Below, one piece after another: positions 52,432 to 64,000 of a stretch of DNA of 64,000 nucleotides (its first letter is position 1; each line of letters starts with the position of its first letter). Under the pieces are notes generated by a model, which did not search any database, had not been told where the DNA came from, and was given only the letters and a program-made list of their open reading frames with translations. Origin of the DNA: Octopus sinensis (Eukaryota); assembly GCF_006345805.1 (NCBI RefSeq), contig NC_043007.1, forward strand, positions 35,278,001 to 35,342,000. Reading direction: 5' to 3'. The position numbers were made by a program, and so were the translations under genes.

Positions 52432-52952
52432 CCGTAAATCCTCGAGTATAGTCCGCCCATGAGTATAATACGCAGGGGATTTTTAGGGGGCTGTACTTCT
52501 GAAAAACATAACCTTGTGTATAATACGCACCCCTTCTCTAACTTGAGTCGTGCGTAATTAAGCCAGCAGTACCTAGTCGAACAAACACTTCCGTGCATGC
52601 GTAATACAATAATGGTGATGTTCTTAACTGTTATATGGGAATGTAAATATGCTTGAAAATTGTTTTTATTACATGTTATTCTGTGTTTGGAATACTTTTA
52701 TTTTAATAAATGTTGCTTACTGCAAGTTATAGGTGATTCTTTTATGACTTCATTGCTTTCAGAATTAGCTTAAAGTATTTTCGTGCCTGACATCACAAAA
52801 TGCGTCTGAATAAACATTGCCGGACAGCAAATAGAGACTCGGACATTGCTTAGAAAATATTTTTCATTTTTAACCTCGTGTATAATACGCACTAGGGATT
52901 TTGACCTTTAAATTTCGGGGAAAAAATACAGATTATACTCGAGGATTTACGG
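52432..52952. mobile_element. Tc1/mariner-superfamily (Tc2/pogo-like) MITE
   Basis: TIR CCGTAAATCCTCGAGTATA / TATACTCGAGGATTTACGG with TA TSD. Confidence 0.85.
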
Positions 52953-53039
52953 TACTCAGCTTATATATACAAAGGAAGAACTGTACAAAGAAATGTATTT
53001 AAATTACTTCCAGAATCCTATATTCTGGAAAAATCTACC

Positions 53040-53842
53040 TGTTCATTCCTTCTGTCATTCCTCCCTTCATTCCACCTATCACGTTCACAAGTGCTTTAAC
53101 TCATACCTTTACTAACTTCTGTTAACTTCTCTTAGCTTAGCGTCCCTGTTTCTTTCTGACACTACACTTTACTTCCCCCTTTCTATATAATAATGAAGTT
53201 ATTGTATACAATGCTCAGGTGAACCACAACTTGTCAAAAGTGCGTATAAAGCATGTACCTTAATGTACAAATGTCTGGGAAGTGAACAGTGTATGAGTCA
53301 GATACATGCCTGCGTGTGTATGGAGGGGAGAAAATCAGGTGTAGTGTTGGCGAATCTCAGGAAACATGGAAGTTTTGAAGGATGCAGTGCTCCGACAACT
53401 AACAACTGATGCCGGCTGTTTGTTCCATGCTTCAGCAACTCTTAGCGTGAAAAAATGTTTCCGAAAGTCATGGGAGCTGTGCTGTTTTCTGACTTTGTAA
53501 GCATGTCCACGGGTGTTAGACAGGTAGCGTTTGAAAAGGTACTCAGAGTTATTGTTGGTAAGATGGTTAATAATTTTATGGGTGTCTGCCAAGCCACCTG
53601 CCAGACGTCGGAGTTTCAATGTATCCATGCCCAGGGAAGTAAGGCATTCAGAATATGGCAAATGCCCGATGGAGGGTACTCTCTTGGTTGCACGTCGCTG
53701 AACAGTTTCCAGACGATTAATATCCTGGGCAAGATAAGGGTTCCAGACCGGTGATACAGTTATTGTTTGTAAGATGGCTAATAATTTTATAGGTGTCTGC
53801 CAAGTCAGCTGCCAGACGTCAGAGTTTCATTGTATCCATGCC
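53040..53842 (-). mobile_element. CR1-clade LINE 3' end with internal partial duplication
   Basis: ORF 53335-53661 LGMDTLKLRRL..NTRGHAYKV..RKHFFTLRVAEAWNKQP; 53552-53630 repeated at 53760-53842. Confidence 0.88.
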
Positions 53843-54168
53843 AACCTCTCCTACTAACGGCGTTACCCTGTTGTCTCTCTGTACTAGATACTCGATTATT
53901 CTCTTGGATAATCTCGAGTATTTGAGATAAGTAGTATATGTCTGAGAAGATCAAATAATACAAAGATGATTGCTTTCAACTAACAAGAAAATTTAAAAGC
54001 GGTATTAGCAATTATGTGGGTTTGTATCCAAGCAACTAAGAGTTAGAACCATTCAAAGTCTACAACGAGAGCATTGCTGTGTAGTATTACACGGAAAGCA
54101 TATCACCTTCCTCAACAGTTAACTCAATGAAAATCGGGAAAAATAATAATAATAATAATATAATAATA

Positions 54169-54212
<44 letters not shown>

Positions 54213-54629
54213 TATTAATGTGAAAAGGGTCCTCTTTATTCTTGAAAAGCAGTCAAATGGTTGAACCATGTTTATGAAATAGACACAAAAATTGAAAATT
54301 TATTGCAAATCATTACGTTAAAGTTGAATGTAAGATCGTTCTTTTCTCTTTTTTTTTTTAAATAAGCAATCTTTATTTGCGATATTTGCTGAAGAATAAT
54401 ATAAATTAGAATATGCACCATTAAAAAGAGTAAAAAGAAAAAAAAATAAGTAACAAACTTTGCTGATAGTAGGTTTAAGAGTGTTAAGCAACTACAAGGT
54501 AATCATGCCACCAGCATTGATTATTAAATTTTGGTTATGAATAAACAAAAACAAAACAAAAAAAAAAAAGAAAGAAAATTCTACTTTCTAATAAAATTAA
54601 AAAAAAACACACAATTTTCAATGGAATAA

Positions 54630-54693
54630 ATAATTAGATTTGAACAAAAGTTAACACAGTTTGGATGAGAATATCGATTTTCAGGTGTTTCAG

Positions 54694-54731
<38 letters not shown>

Positions 54732-54951
54732 GCACACATACCCACGCACACACATACACTCACATGTGCGTATATATGTGTGTATGTATGCTTGCATGTA
54801 TGTATGTATGTATGTATGTATGTATGCATTTATGTATGTTTGTATGTATGTATGTATGTATGTATGTATGTATGTATGTATGTATGTATGTATGTTTGTA
54901 TGTATGTATGTATGTATGTATGTATGTTGTATGTATGTATGTATGTATGTA

Positions 54952-54984
<33 letters not shown>

Positions 54985-55418
54985 ATGTATGTAGTATGTA
55001 TGTATGTATGTATGCATTTATGTATGTTTGTATGTATGTATGTATGTATGTATGTATGTATGTATGTATGTATGCTTGCATGTATGTATGTATGTATGTA
55101 TGTATGTATGTATGTATGTATGTATGTATGCATGTATGTATGTATGTATGTATGTATGTATGTATGTATGTATGTATGTATGTATATGCATATATATGTG
55201 TGTGTATATATGTATGTTGTATATATGTGTGTTGTATATATATATGTGTGTGTGTGTGTGTATGTATGCATGTATATATGCATGTATATAGGGGGGTGTA
55301 TGTGTGTATAAATACACTCATATACACATATGCATATATATAGATCAAAAGATAAAACACCTGAAAAATCGATATTTTCATCCAAAGTGTGTTAAGTTCT
55401 GTTGAAATCTAATTATAT
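54630..55418. repeat. ~65-bp inverted repeats enclosing (CA)n/(TATG)n (microsatellite-filled MITE candidate)
   Basis: AATTAGATTTGAACAAAAGTTAACACAGTTTGGATGAGAATATCGATTTTCAGGTG (54632-54688) vs reverse complement at 55358-55415. Confidence 0.65.
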
Positions 55419-55815
55419 ATGTATGTATGCGTGTATATATGTGTGTATATATGTATATGCATGTATACATACATACATACATACATACACACACACACAT
55501 ACATACATACATACATACATACATACATACCATACATACATACAAACATACATAAATGCATACATACATACATACATACATACATACATGCATGCATGCA
55601 TACATACATACATACATACATACATACATACATACATACATACATACATACATACATAAATGCATACATACATACATACAACATACATACATACATACAT
55701 ACATACAAACATACATACATACATACATACATACATACATACAAACATACATACATACATACATACATACATACATACATACATACATACATAAATGCAT
55801 ACATACATACATACA

Positions 55816-55847
<32 letters not shown>

Positions 55848-55860
55848 CATACATACATAC
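54770..55860. repeat. (TATG)n array and inverted (CATA)n array
   Basis: Direct inspection; shared interruptions in opposite orientation. Confidence 0.92.
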
Positions 55861-56592
55861 CTATGCACTCGCGCATGCTTATGAGTCTAGTTTTTAATTT
55901 GCCTCTTATCAAAGTGAAGTAAACATGAAAGTCAATAAAAATGTTAGCCATATAAATACGCACCACGCTTGAAGTAGAAGCACAGCTTCGGTGTATTTTC
56001 CTTCAGTCATGTCTTTGATATTCATAATCGCCACATAATCGTACGTACATTCATACACATATAAAAGTCACTCTTAGTTTTGCCAACTTAATATAGAATA
56101 TGTTTCCCAAAGGGTTTTTAATTAGATTGAAAAATGTCCGTTGCTTTTGTCAGTTGGCCTCAGTGTTGACCAAAAATTTAGATCAACAGCTATCTTCGCT
56201 TATCTTCAAAATTTAAGCAACCCCAGTGGGAGTTTTTTCTTATATAATCGCATTTGATTGAAGTTTTTCATCACACGTATTAGTTATGTGAATCTCTATT
56301 ATACTGTATTCATATTGTGACTTGTTAGCAGGAGATTAGACAACCATTTTCAACTGCTACCAAACTAGCTTAGGGAGAGATCCTCTATATGAGTGTTCGG
56401 CCAACTAGAAATACTGCTAAATTCCATCAAAAGATACTTCGGTATATGAAAGAAAATGACATTTTTGTTCTGCATTCCTCTGAAGAGGCAGCATATTTAA
56501 GGTTGCAGTGCATATGAGTACAGGTCTGTTTAGACTAAACATCAGCAACATGGTTAAAGAAGTATTTTTTTTCAGGAAGAGGAAGAAATGAC

Positions 56593-57018
56593 GGATCTTT
56601 TCGGTTTGAACGGCAGTTTTAAACATAATTTCTAGGTAACTAAAGAATTGTAAACTTCGTATACTGGTAAAATGTGTTTATAAAACATCTTTTTCTCTTG
56701 GCTTTATTGAGAAAATTCTATAGTTTGTAAGATATTTGTTGTTTTTTTCTTCAATTTCTGCAATTTCAACCAATCAGTGACGTCTATTGAGTTAAAAAGC
56801 ATTCTGTGCCATATGAATATGTCCTTCGTTTAAGAAACAGATTGGGTTTATTTACATTTCTGAAGAAAAAAAAGATACCCTTCCCCCACCCCTAACCCTA
56901 ACTAACCATAACCCTAAAAGAGATTGAAATGCAATACATCAATTCTAGGGTCATAATTATGGGTGACAATTTCATATGACACCGCTAGAAAAAACTGCCG
57001 TTCAAACCGAAAAGATCC
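56593..57018. mobile_element. Merlin-like MITE with internal (CCCTAA)n
   Basis: Perfect 8-bp TSD GAAATGAC (56585-56592 / 57019-57026); GGATC termini. Confidence 0.9.
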
Positions 57019-57632
57019 GAAATGACTGGGTAAAATAAAGGACACAAGCACACAGGGTGGGCAGCAGGAAGAGAGAGATGAGTGATTGGTGGATGGTACA
57101 CTGTAGGATCGGCGCGGGATAGGCCAATTCCAATTATCAAACTGTGAAAGGGTCTGACAGGACACTCTGCACATCAACATCATAGTGAGTGTTTGCATTT
57201 TTATACCTCAATGTTTAAATACATTTTAGGTTTTTTAATTTACGCTGTATTGAGCGTAAAATATTGTTTAATTAATGACGAAATATCAAAGGTACAATTA
57301 TGCAAATTAGGTCATCCACCATTGCGCCAGCTTAGTTTTTCTTACTATTTCTTATAGGAGCTAACATATGCTATTAATTGGTTAAGGAAGCGGGTTATGT
57401 CTTCCCTGTAGGGCAGTCAGTAAAACGTTCGACGGTGCATTATGAGATAACCTCCATCTTGTTTCTGCACACCAAAATTATAGAAAGAATGCGTGCACAT
57501 TCTTTATTTAATCTACAACGAAGTTTTGTGTGTACGTATATGAGTACGAGTCTGTATGCGTGTTTGTGTATGATTGTGTATTTATATTTATGAGAATACT
57601 GTTTCTCTAAATGGCGAAGCAACGAAATGTAA

Positions 57633-57808
57633 ATATGTAAATATTGTCTCCGTAAGTTCAAATTCTCAGCTTCAAGAGAATGTTGCTGGAGGACCGTTGA
57701 CAAACACCCTGATAAATCCAGTGACTACTACTGAATTCAGGCCACGACTGACAGTGGCGATGTTCTTGAAGCTGAGAATTTGAAGTTACGGTGACAATAT
57801 TTACATAT
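57633..57808. repeat. ~175-bp fold-back (45-bp arms), MITE-like
   Basis: ATATGTAAATATTGTCTCCGTAAGTTCAAATTCTCAGCTTCAAGA vs its reverse complement with 2 mismatches. Confidence 0.75.
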
Positions 57809-58409
57809 CGCCTGAAAAAAAACACAACTAGATCTCATAATGCAGGGAAGCGGTTGCATAATCAAGTACCTGCACGCCTGGAGAACTACGTTGCTTGGAA
57901 ACAATTGTAGTGATTGAAAAATAAATATCCGAACTGTACTCCTTGTTGACTGCAATCTCTTCAATTATTTATTCACACACAACAGATGCCCAAAGGCAAA
58001 CCTGGAAGCACAGGGTAAATCTGAAGGTGGACGAGCTTTATACTGTACTCTATTACGTTCTTAACAGAATATGCCATAACTACACACACACGCGCCAAAT
58101 TCAGGGAATGGAGTAGATAAAATCCAGGCTACATATGTTTCCTAGATATCAGAAACTCGGAGGTAGTAATTACCCAAACGAAAGGTACTCCACAAGTTAT
58201 CATCAGGCTGAAGATACCTTAGTTAAATGAAGGTTACATTATTGTCAAGGGATCCCTTGTTAATTTGCAGAAGATTTTATGGAAAAAAAAAAGAAAATCT
58301 TACTACCTTCTACGTCAATAAACCACTGTTGTTCCTGAAAGTTGTTTTTTTATACCTTCTACTGGAAATTAATGTTGTTGACAACGATCCGCTGATGTTG
58401 AATTCACCT

Positions 58410-58607
58410 CAATAGACGTCATTGATTGGTTGAAATTGCCGGAATGCAAGAAAATAAACAAGAAATAGCTTACAAACTACAGAATTTTCTCAAGAAAGCC
58501 AAGAGAAAAAGATGTTTTATAAACACATTCTACCAATATACCAAGTTTAAAAGTGTTTAGTTACAAAGAAATTATTTTAAAATCTGCCGGTCAAAGCGAA
58601 AAGATCC
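58410..58607. mobile_element. Partial Merlin-like MITE
   Basis: One TIR (..TCTGCCGGTCAAAGCGAAAAGATCC) and internal similarity to the other copies. Confidence 0.7.
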
Positions 58608-59064
58608 TAATTTACAACTAGCCTTTCAACACCGACACCTTGGGTTTCCTGACGGCGAGTTGGCTGCTATACTGACATTGTTTCGTTTCAGCTGGCCAAA
58701 GGTTTGGTAACCAGGATAAAGAAACATTGAAATACAACTGACAAATGCATACGTCACGTAAAAGTTATGATTTCAAGACGCATCAGTAATATTATTGACA
58801 GAGTCTACGGAGAAACTACGCCCCGTGAATTGTTATTCTTTCTTATTTGCTCTCAACTAATTTGCAATAAAAAGAAGCAAAGAACTTCACGTACAGCCAG
58901 TCAACGACCAACCCCAGATACGGCCAACAAAGTCAGTATCTCAAAGCAGCACTCAAGCGAACAAATACACTGCAAATATCATTATAGCGAAGGGCTGTTC
59001 TCGGGTTTTGTGATTTGGCTGCTATTAATGATGCAACACTCAGGCGTCCCTGAAGTGTAGTACA

Positions 59065-59270
59065 GTTAACTTCTCGAATCATGCCGACTCATAAGGACCG
59101 GCTTCCCGGTTTTTATAGCGTATAAATCCCCCACCTGGACAGGATGCCGGTCCGTCGCGGGATTACTCATTTTTGCCAGCAATGTGATATGAATTGTTTT
59201 GCTCAAGAACACGATGCGTCGCCCGGTCGAGGAATCGAAACCACAATCATACGATCACGCACTACCACTG
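59065..59270 (-). mobile_element. Chimeric SINE: family D-type head/CORE with family C-type tail
   Basis: rc GTGTTCTTGAGCAAAAC (D-like) followed by GGACCGGCATCCTGTCCAGGTGGGG..GGAAGCCGGTCCTTATGAG (C-like). Confidence 0.6.
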
Positions 59271-60089
59271 GAGTGTAATATATTGTGTCTTGTATAATGT
59301 ATTCGGCGTCGTACTCTGCACTCAGCTGAGAGCTGAGGTTGTGCAGTCTGGCCAATATATATTCCTCAACAATCTCGAACGTTATATTAGATTTCTTTCT
59401 CTTATAGTTCATATCTGCTTCTGTAATATTTTGTTGTGTTAATATAATGATCCCCATGTACAAACTGATACGGCGAAGTTTTTATCACTGTTGCTTAGAT
59501 CAAACATTGCCTTTGTTAACTATTGTTTCAAATAGTTAACGTCAGCTGTTCTTGAGTGAAAAACCCAGACTCCTCCGCAGTAATTATCATTCTTGGTTAA
59601 TCCTTACCGGAACATCAACACTCTGGAACTTTCTCTCTGCTCATATATTTCTCCACAAGTGTTGATTTGTAATAATGGTTGAAGAGAAACAAAAATAGCT
59701 TCAATTTCACAGGTCGCAAAGCGCCCACAAGTACTACAGACATTGGATCTCCCTCCAGAGCTAGCAAACGAAAAGAACTATATTCCCTTATATAAAACGT
59801 GCTTGTTACGATCAAAAATTAGTCAGCCATATTGTATCTTATTGTGAACGTACTTTTAGAGACGACTTTTTTTAATTTTCGTTGCGCCTATTCATTTTCA
59901 TACTTCTGAATCAAGTTGGTAAAAATTTCTGGAAGCAATATTTGTTACGTGTAATATTTTACTGCAATCCACTTCTTTCGCTTTATGTTCTTCGAAATTT
60001 TTTATGACATTGCAAAATTCACACGTTTTATGCATTGCTGAACATAATAAAACCGCTGCCAAAGTTATACGACATATGTTTATTTAAAC

Positions 60090-60357
60090 ATGTATGTATG
60101 TATGTACGTACGTACGTACGTATGTATGTATGTATGTATGTATGTATGTATGTATGTATGTATGTATGTATGTATGTATGTATGTACGTACGTATGTATG
60201 TATGTATGTATGTATGTATGTACGTACGTACGTACGTACGTATGTATGTATGTATGTATGTATGTAGTATGTACGTACGTACGTTATGTAATGTATGTAT
60301 GTATGTGTATGTATGTATGTATATGTACGTACGTACGTACGTACGTATGTATGTATG

Positions 60358-60389
<32 letters not shown>

Positions 60390-60812
60390 GTACGTACGTA
60401 CGTACGTATGTATGTATGTATGTATGTATGTATGTATGTATGTATGTACGTACGTACGTACGTACGTACGTACGTATGTATGTATGTATGTATGTATATG
60501 TACGTACGTATGTATGTATGTATGTATGTATGTATGTATGTTATGTATGTATGTTATGTATGTATGTACGTATGTATGTATGTATGTATGTATGTATGTA
60601 TATGTATGTACGTATGTACGTATGTATGTAGGTATGTATGTTGTATGTATGTATGTATGTACGTACGTATGTATGTACGTATGTATGTATGTATGTATTA
60701 TGTACATATGTGTGTATGTATGTGTGTATGTATGTATGTATGTATGTGTGTATGTGTGTATGCACGTATGTATGTATGTATGTATGTATGTATGTATGTA
60801 TGTATGTATGTA
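60090..60812. repeat. (TATG)n/(TACG)n tetranucleotide array
   Basis: Direct inspection. Confidence 0.95.
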
Positions 60813-60834
60813 TACACTCAAAGATACATACACA

Positions 60835-60867
<33 letters not shown>

Positions 60868-61149
60868 TAATATGTATCTTTCATGTAATATACTTACGAC
60901 ATTTTGCAACACAAAAATTCGTTTTTACGTCGAAATAATGCACTTACGTTAGTTACAGTATTCACTGAATGCTTCCCTCCCACCCTCACCACATCACACC
61001 ACACCACACATACGCATACACACACTTATACGCACGCACACAATAACTCTCACACACACACACACACATATTTATATATGTACACGTAAGTGTTTGTTTG
61101 TATGTCTCTTCGATTTTTTTTCCTAAGCGAAAATAACACACAATTTATA

Positions 61150-62790
61150 AATACAAAGCGATTTATCCAGCCTTTGATATAATTACTGTTTCGTTCCAGT
61201 AGTTTCCACCATGTTGTAGGCGGATTCATTATTCCCTTCTCAAAAGCAATTTTCTTTACTGGGGAAAAAACTCTTCCTGGTGAATTTTTACGTGCTCTCT
61301 AGAGTTGCAGGTCTGTCCATTCACGGAACTTTGAATAAACCGAAAAAAAAGTTTAAATCTGGAGGCACAAGGCTGGGCGAATATAGAGGGTGCGGCAAAA
61401 TTTCCCATCCAAGCCCCAGTAAATTCTGCCCCATCTGTGAAGTAGTGTGCGTACTGATATTGTTGTTTAGTAATGGAAGGCAAGGTTTATGATATCGGAG
61501 GAATATCATCCTCTTCCATCATCTCTTTCTTGTTTTTCATGTAGTTCAGGCTTTCGGCAGGCGAAAAGAAAAGACTTCAGGCACAAATGCTATTTACAAC
61601 TGGTTTATTTACAGAAAAGGTGAAGTGTGCTGCTCTCAGCTACCATCTTAAGCTCCGAATAGTGCGGGCGCATTGCCTCTGGAGATAGACAGGCAGAAAG
61701 CCTCAGCCAGTGCTGCTGTGGTGATGGCGCCAAAAGTGGCTGGTCTGAATCGGTTTCCCGTTTATATAGTTTCCATCGCGAGCCTCGTTGTGATCTCGCG
61801 CATGGCAAATGGATGTAGGCGAGGTCTCGCTCCAGTCTCGGAGATGGCAATGGCTGCCGCGAGATCTCATCTAATATGGCGCTGGCTGTTTGTGCCGCTA
61901 CAGTTGTGATGAATGACAACGATCTTGTGATTAACAAGTGCTGGATGCTGCATTTAATTTGATCTGCTGGTTACAGTACACATACGAAATGGTGGCCCTG
62001 CTTGTGTTAAGAAGCCCATAAAAGACGGCACCTCTCCAATCTCACCAAATTAAAAGCATAATCTTCTTCGGGTGAAGTCCTGCTTTGGTGCTTGTATGTA
62101 GAGGTTTGCGACGCTCCTCCTCCCATGTTTGTCTGCGCTTCACATTGTTATAGACGATCCAGTTTTCGTTCACTGTCACTACTTTCCTAAAAAAGATTTT
62201 AAAAAGTTTTTCTTCACGTTTCTGCAAAGAATCGCGCAGATGGGGGGGGGGGAAGTCTGTTGCGCGAGGTTAGCCACATTCAATTTATAAGAGATCCAAA
62301 CATCAAGCCAACTGACGTAACGAAGTTGATGTAGATTGTTTTCAATACTCGATTCGTATAAATGAGAAATGCCTGAAGGTATCCTGGTCATATAATAGGG
62401 GTTGGTGTCGGCTATCTGCTTCGATTTGCATCTTGAAGCGAAAAATTTATTTCTCGACTGAAATTTTGAAAACTACTTCTGGCGCATACGTTCTTTGACA
62501 GCATTCTCTCCGTGCACAGCAAATACCTTCCTGTAGGTTTCCGCCGTTCTCTTGCCCTTTTTTTTTATAAATAAAAAGCAAAAAAAGCATAAGAAGTCTA
62601 ATAATGTTCGTTTTGGTTCTCCATTTTCAGTCTCTTCGCAAATTCGTGTCGAACTACGTTGAAGTGTCACGTATCTACGAATGTGCATGCACAAAGGACT
62701 GACTGGTTTAATGTCGACAAAAACCGAAGGGACTTTCCCACGAGAAAAAAATAAATATAGGCCTGCGACAGAAAAACTTCCCACAATTTA
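61150..62790 (-). pseudogene. Decayed mariner transposase (element ends not defined)
   Basis: HTH region KGKRTAETYRKVFAVHGENAVKERMRQK; VVTVNENWIVYNN..HPKKIML..W; GWEILPHPLYSPSLVPPD (YSPDLAPSD-like); many stops/frameshifts. Confidence 0.85.
61540..61902 (-). mobile_element. Solo LTR candidate inside the mariner
   Basis: TGTAG...CTACA termini, 363 bp, GC-rich; minus strand has TATATAAA and AATAAA in LTR order; no TSD found. Confidence 0.55.
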
Positions 62791-63007
62791 TGTAGCCATT
62801 GGTGATGCGAGAGATAAGGTAAGTGTTTTCCTGTTGTTTATGTTTTATTGTATTTTTCGTTTCCGGTTAGAATCATGGTATGAAGTCGTGCGTTTGTTGG
62901 TGAAACGTTTATGAAGGACGGTCAAGTGCGAGGTTTGTTGCCGTACCCTGTACACACGCATACACGCATGCACACACACGCACGCACACACACGCACGCA
63001 CGCACGC

Positions 63008-63044
<37 letters not shown>

Positions 63045-63084
63045 ACACACACACACACACACAATAAATGAGAAATGGAGCAGA

Positions 63085-63599
63085 AGATCTTTACCTTTTG
63101 ACCTACTGATTTTAAAAAATAATTTTTTGTAACTAAACACTTTCAAACGTCGGACACTAGTAGAATGTGTCATATAAAACATCTTTTACTCTTAGCATTT
63201 ATGAGAAAAACTTATATTTACGAAGTTATTTCACGTTAATGCGTAGTCCTATTTCGGTAATTTCAACCAATCAATGACATGTATTCAGCTGAATAAAATT
63301 ATTGTTGTTGTTTGTCAACAAGAACTTCCGGTGGTGTATATTTCGTTTGTCACTGTTATTTATGATAACCCTAACCCTAACCCTAAAACCTTAAAGCTAA
63401 AACCAGTGCAAACGCACGAACAATGTTACAGAAATAGGACTACTTTAATGTGAAATAACTTCGTAAATATAAATTTTTCTCAAAAATGCTAAGAGTAACA
63501 GATGTTTTATATGACACATTCCACCAGTGTCCAAAGTTTGAAAGTGTTTAGCTACAAAAAAATTATTTTTTAAATCTGTAGGTCAAAAGGTAAAGATCC
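63085..63599. mobile_element. Merlin-like MITE with internal (CCCTAA)n
   Basis: TIR (A/G)GATCTTTACCTTTTGACCTAC; TSD GGAGCAGA/GGAGCAGG; telomeric repeats ~63367-63385. Confidence 0.85.
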
Positions 63600-64000
63600 G
63601 GAGCAGGTGATATTATGTCTAATCAGTGGTTTAGAAAGGTATTATCAACGTGCGCGTGACAAATCGAACATGTGTGCAAGCGTGGATGAAAACACTGATA
63701 TATCCCTGTGCGTAATTATGCTAATTACGTAATGACATTCACAAATCGTAACCGAACGAACGGATATAATAAAAAATAAAAACTGGTTGTTTTGCTTACA
63801 TAAGAAGAATAAGGCACTGTAAAAGGACTTGCTCTAGATTTTGGGGAAACTTTTTAACAAACGAACTTACGAGCGACTTGAAGCAACGAGCTACTTCAAA
63901 GTCGATCGAATACTGGAGCGCGTGCCTTTTCTGTTTTCTGTGAAGCGGTTGCGTTCCACTCGTCAGGCGCTCCATTTGCTGTCCACACCTGCTGAATGGA

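Noticed and set aside
54661-55966. Long ORFs of MYVC/HTYI repeats (also 11944-12677, 28614-29612, 60035-60938, 48147-48977)
   Set aside because: Translations of stop-free microsatellites in several frames at once; not genes

Overview
Eukaryotic, AT-rich, repeat-dominated DNA. The very dense (ATT)n/(AT)n/(TATG)n microsatellites and several tRNA-derived SINE families are most consistent with an Octopus/coleoid cephalopod genome (inference from repeat content, not from a search). No long intact protein-coding gene is visible; most ORF-track entries are microsatellite translations or retroelement debris. Recognisable content: a nest of R4/Dong-like (RLE) LINE fragments in (TAA)n tracts at 0.4-6.2 kb; four SINE families (here called A-D); RTE, CR1 and probable L1/Tx1 LINE ends; non-autonomous Helitrons; Merlin-like MITEs with 8-bp TSDs and internal telomeric repeats; a Tc2-like MITE; and a mariner remnant interrupted by a solo LTR. 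The most notable observations are: (1) fold-back Penelope-like inserts in (AT)n tracts carrying type I hammerhead ribozyme motifs; (2) a 332-bp, 99.7% identical inverted block with NF-kB/NFAT5-like and CRE-like motifs plus ATG and splice donor, inside an otherwise much more diverged inverted duplication, possibly the shared start of a divergent gene pair; (3) an AGGTA target preference of SINE A that would let it insert into itself and build arrays; (4) a TSD-flanked 369-bp mini-RTE with a structured 5' UTR. All alignments and folds were done by eye.
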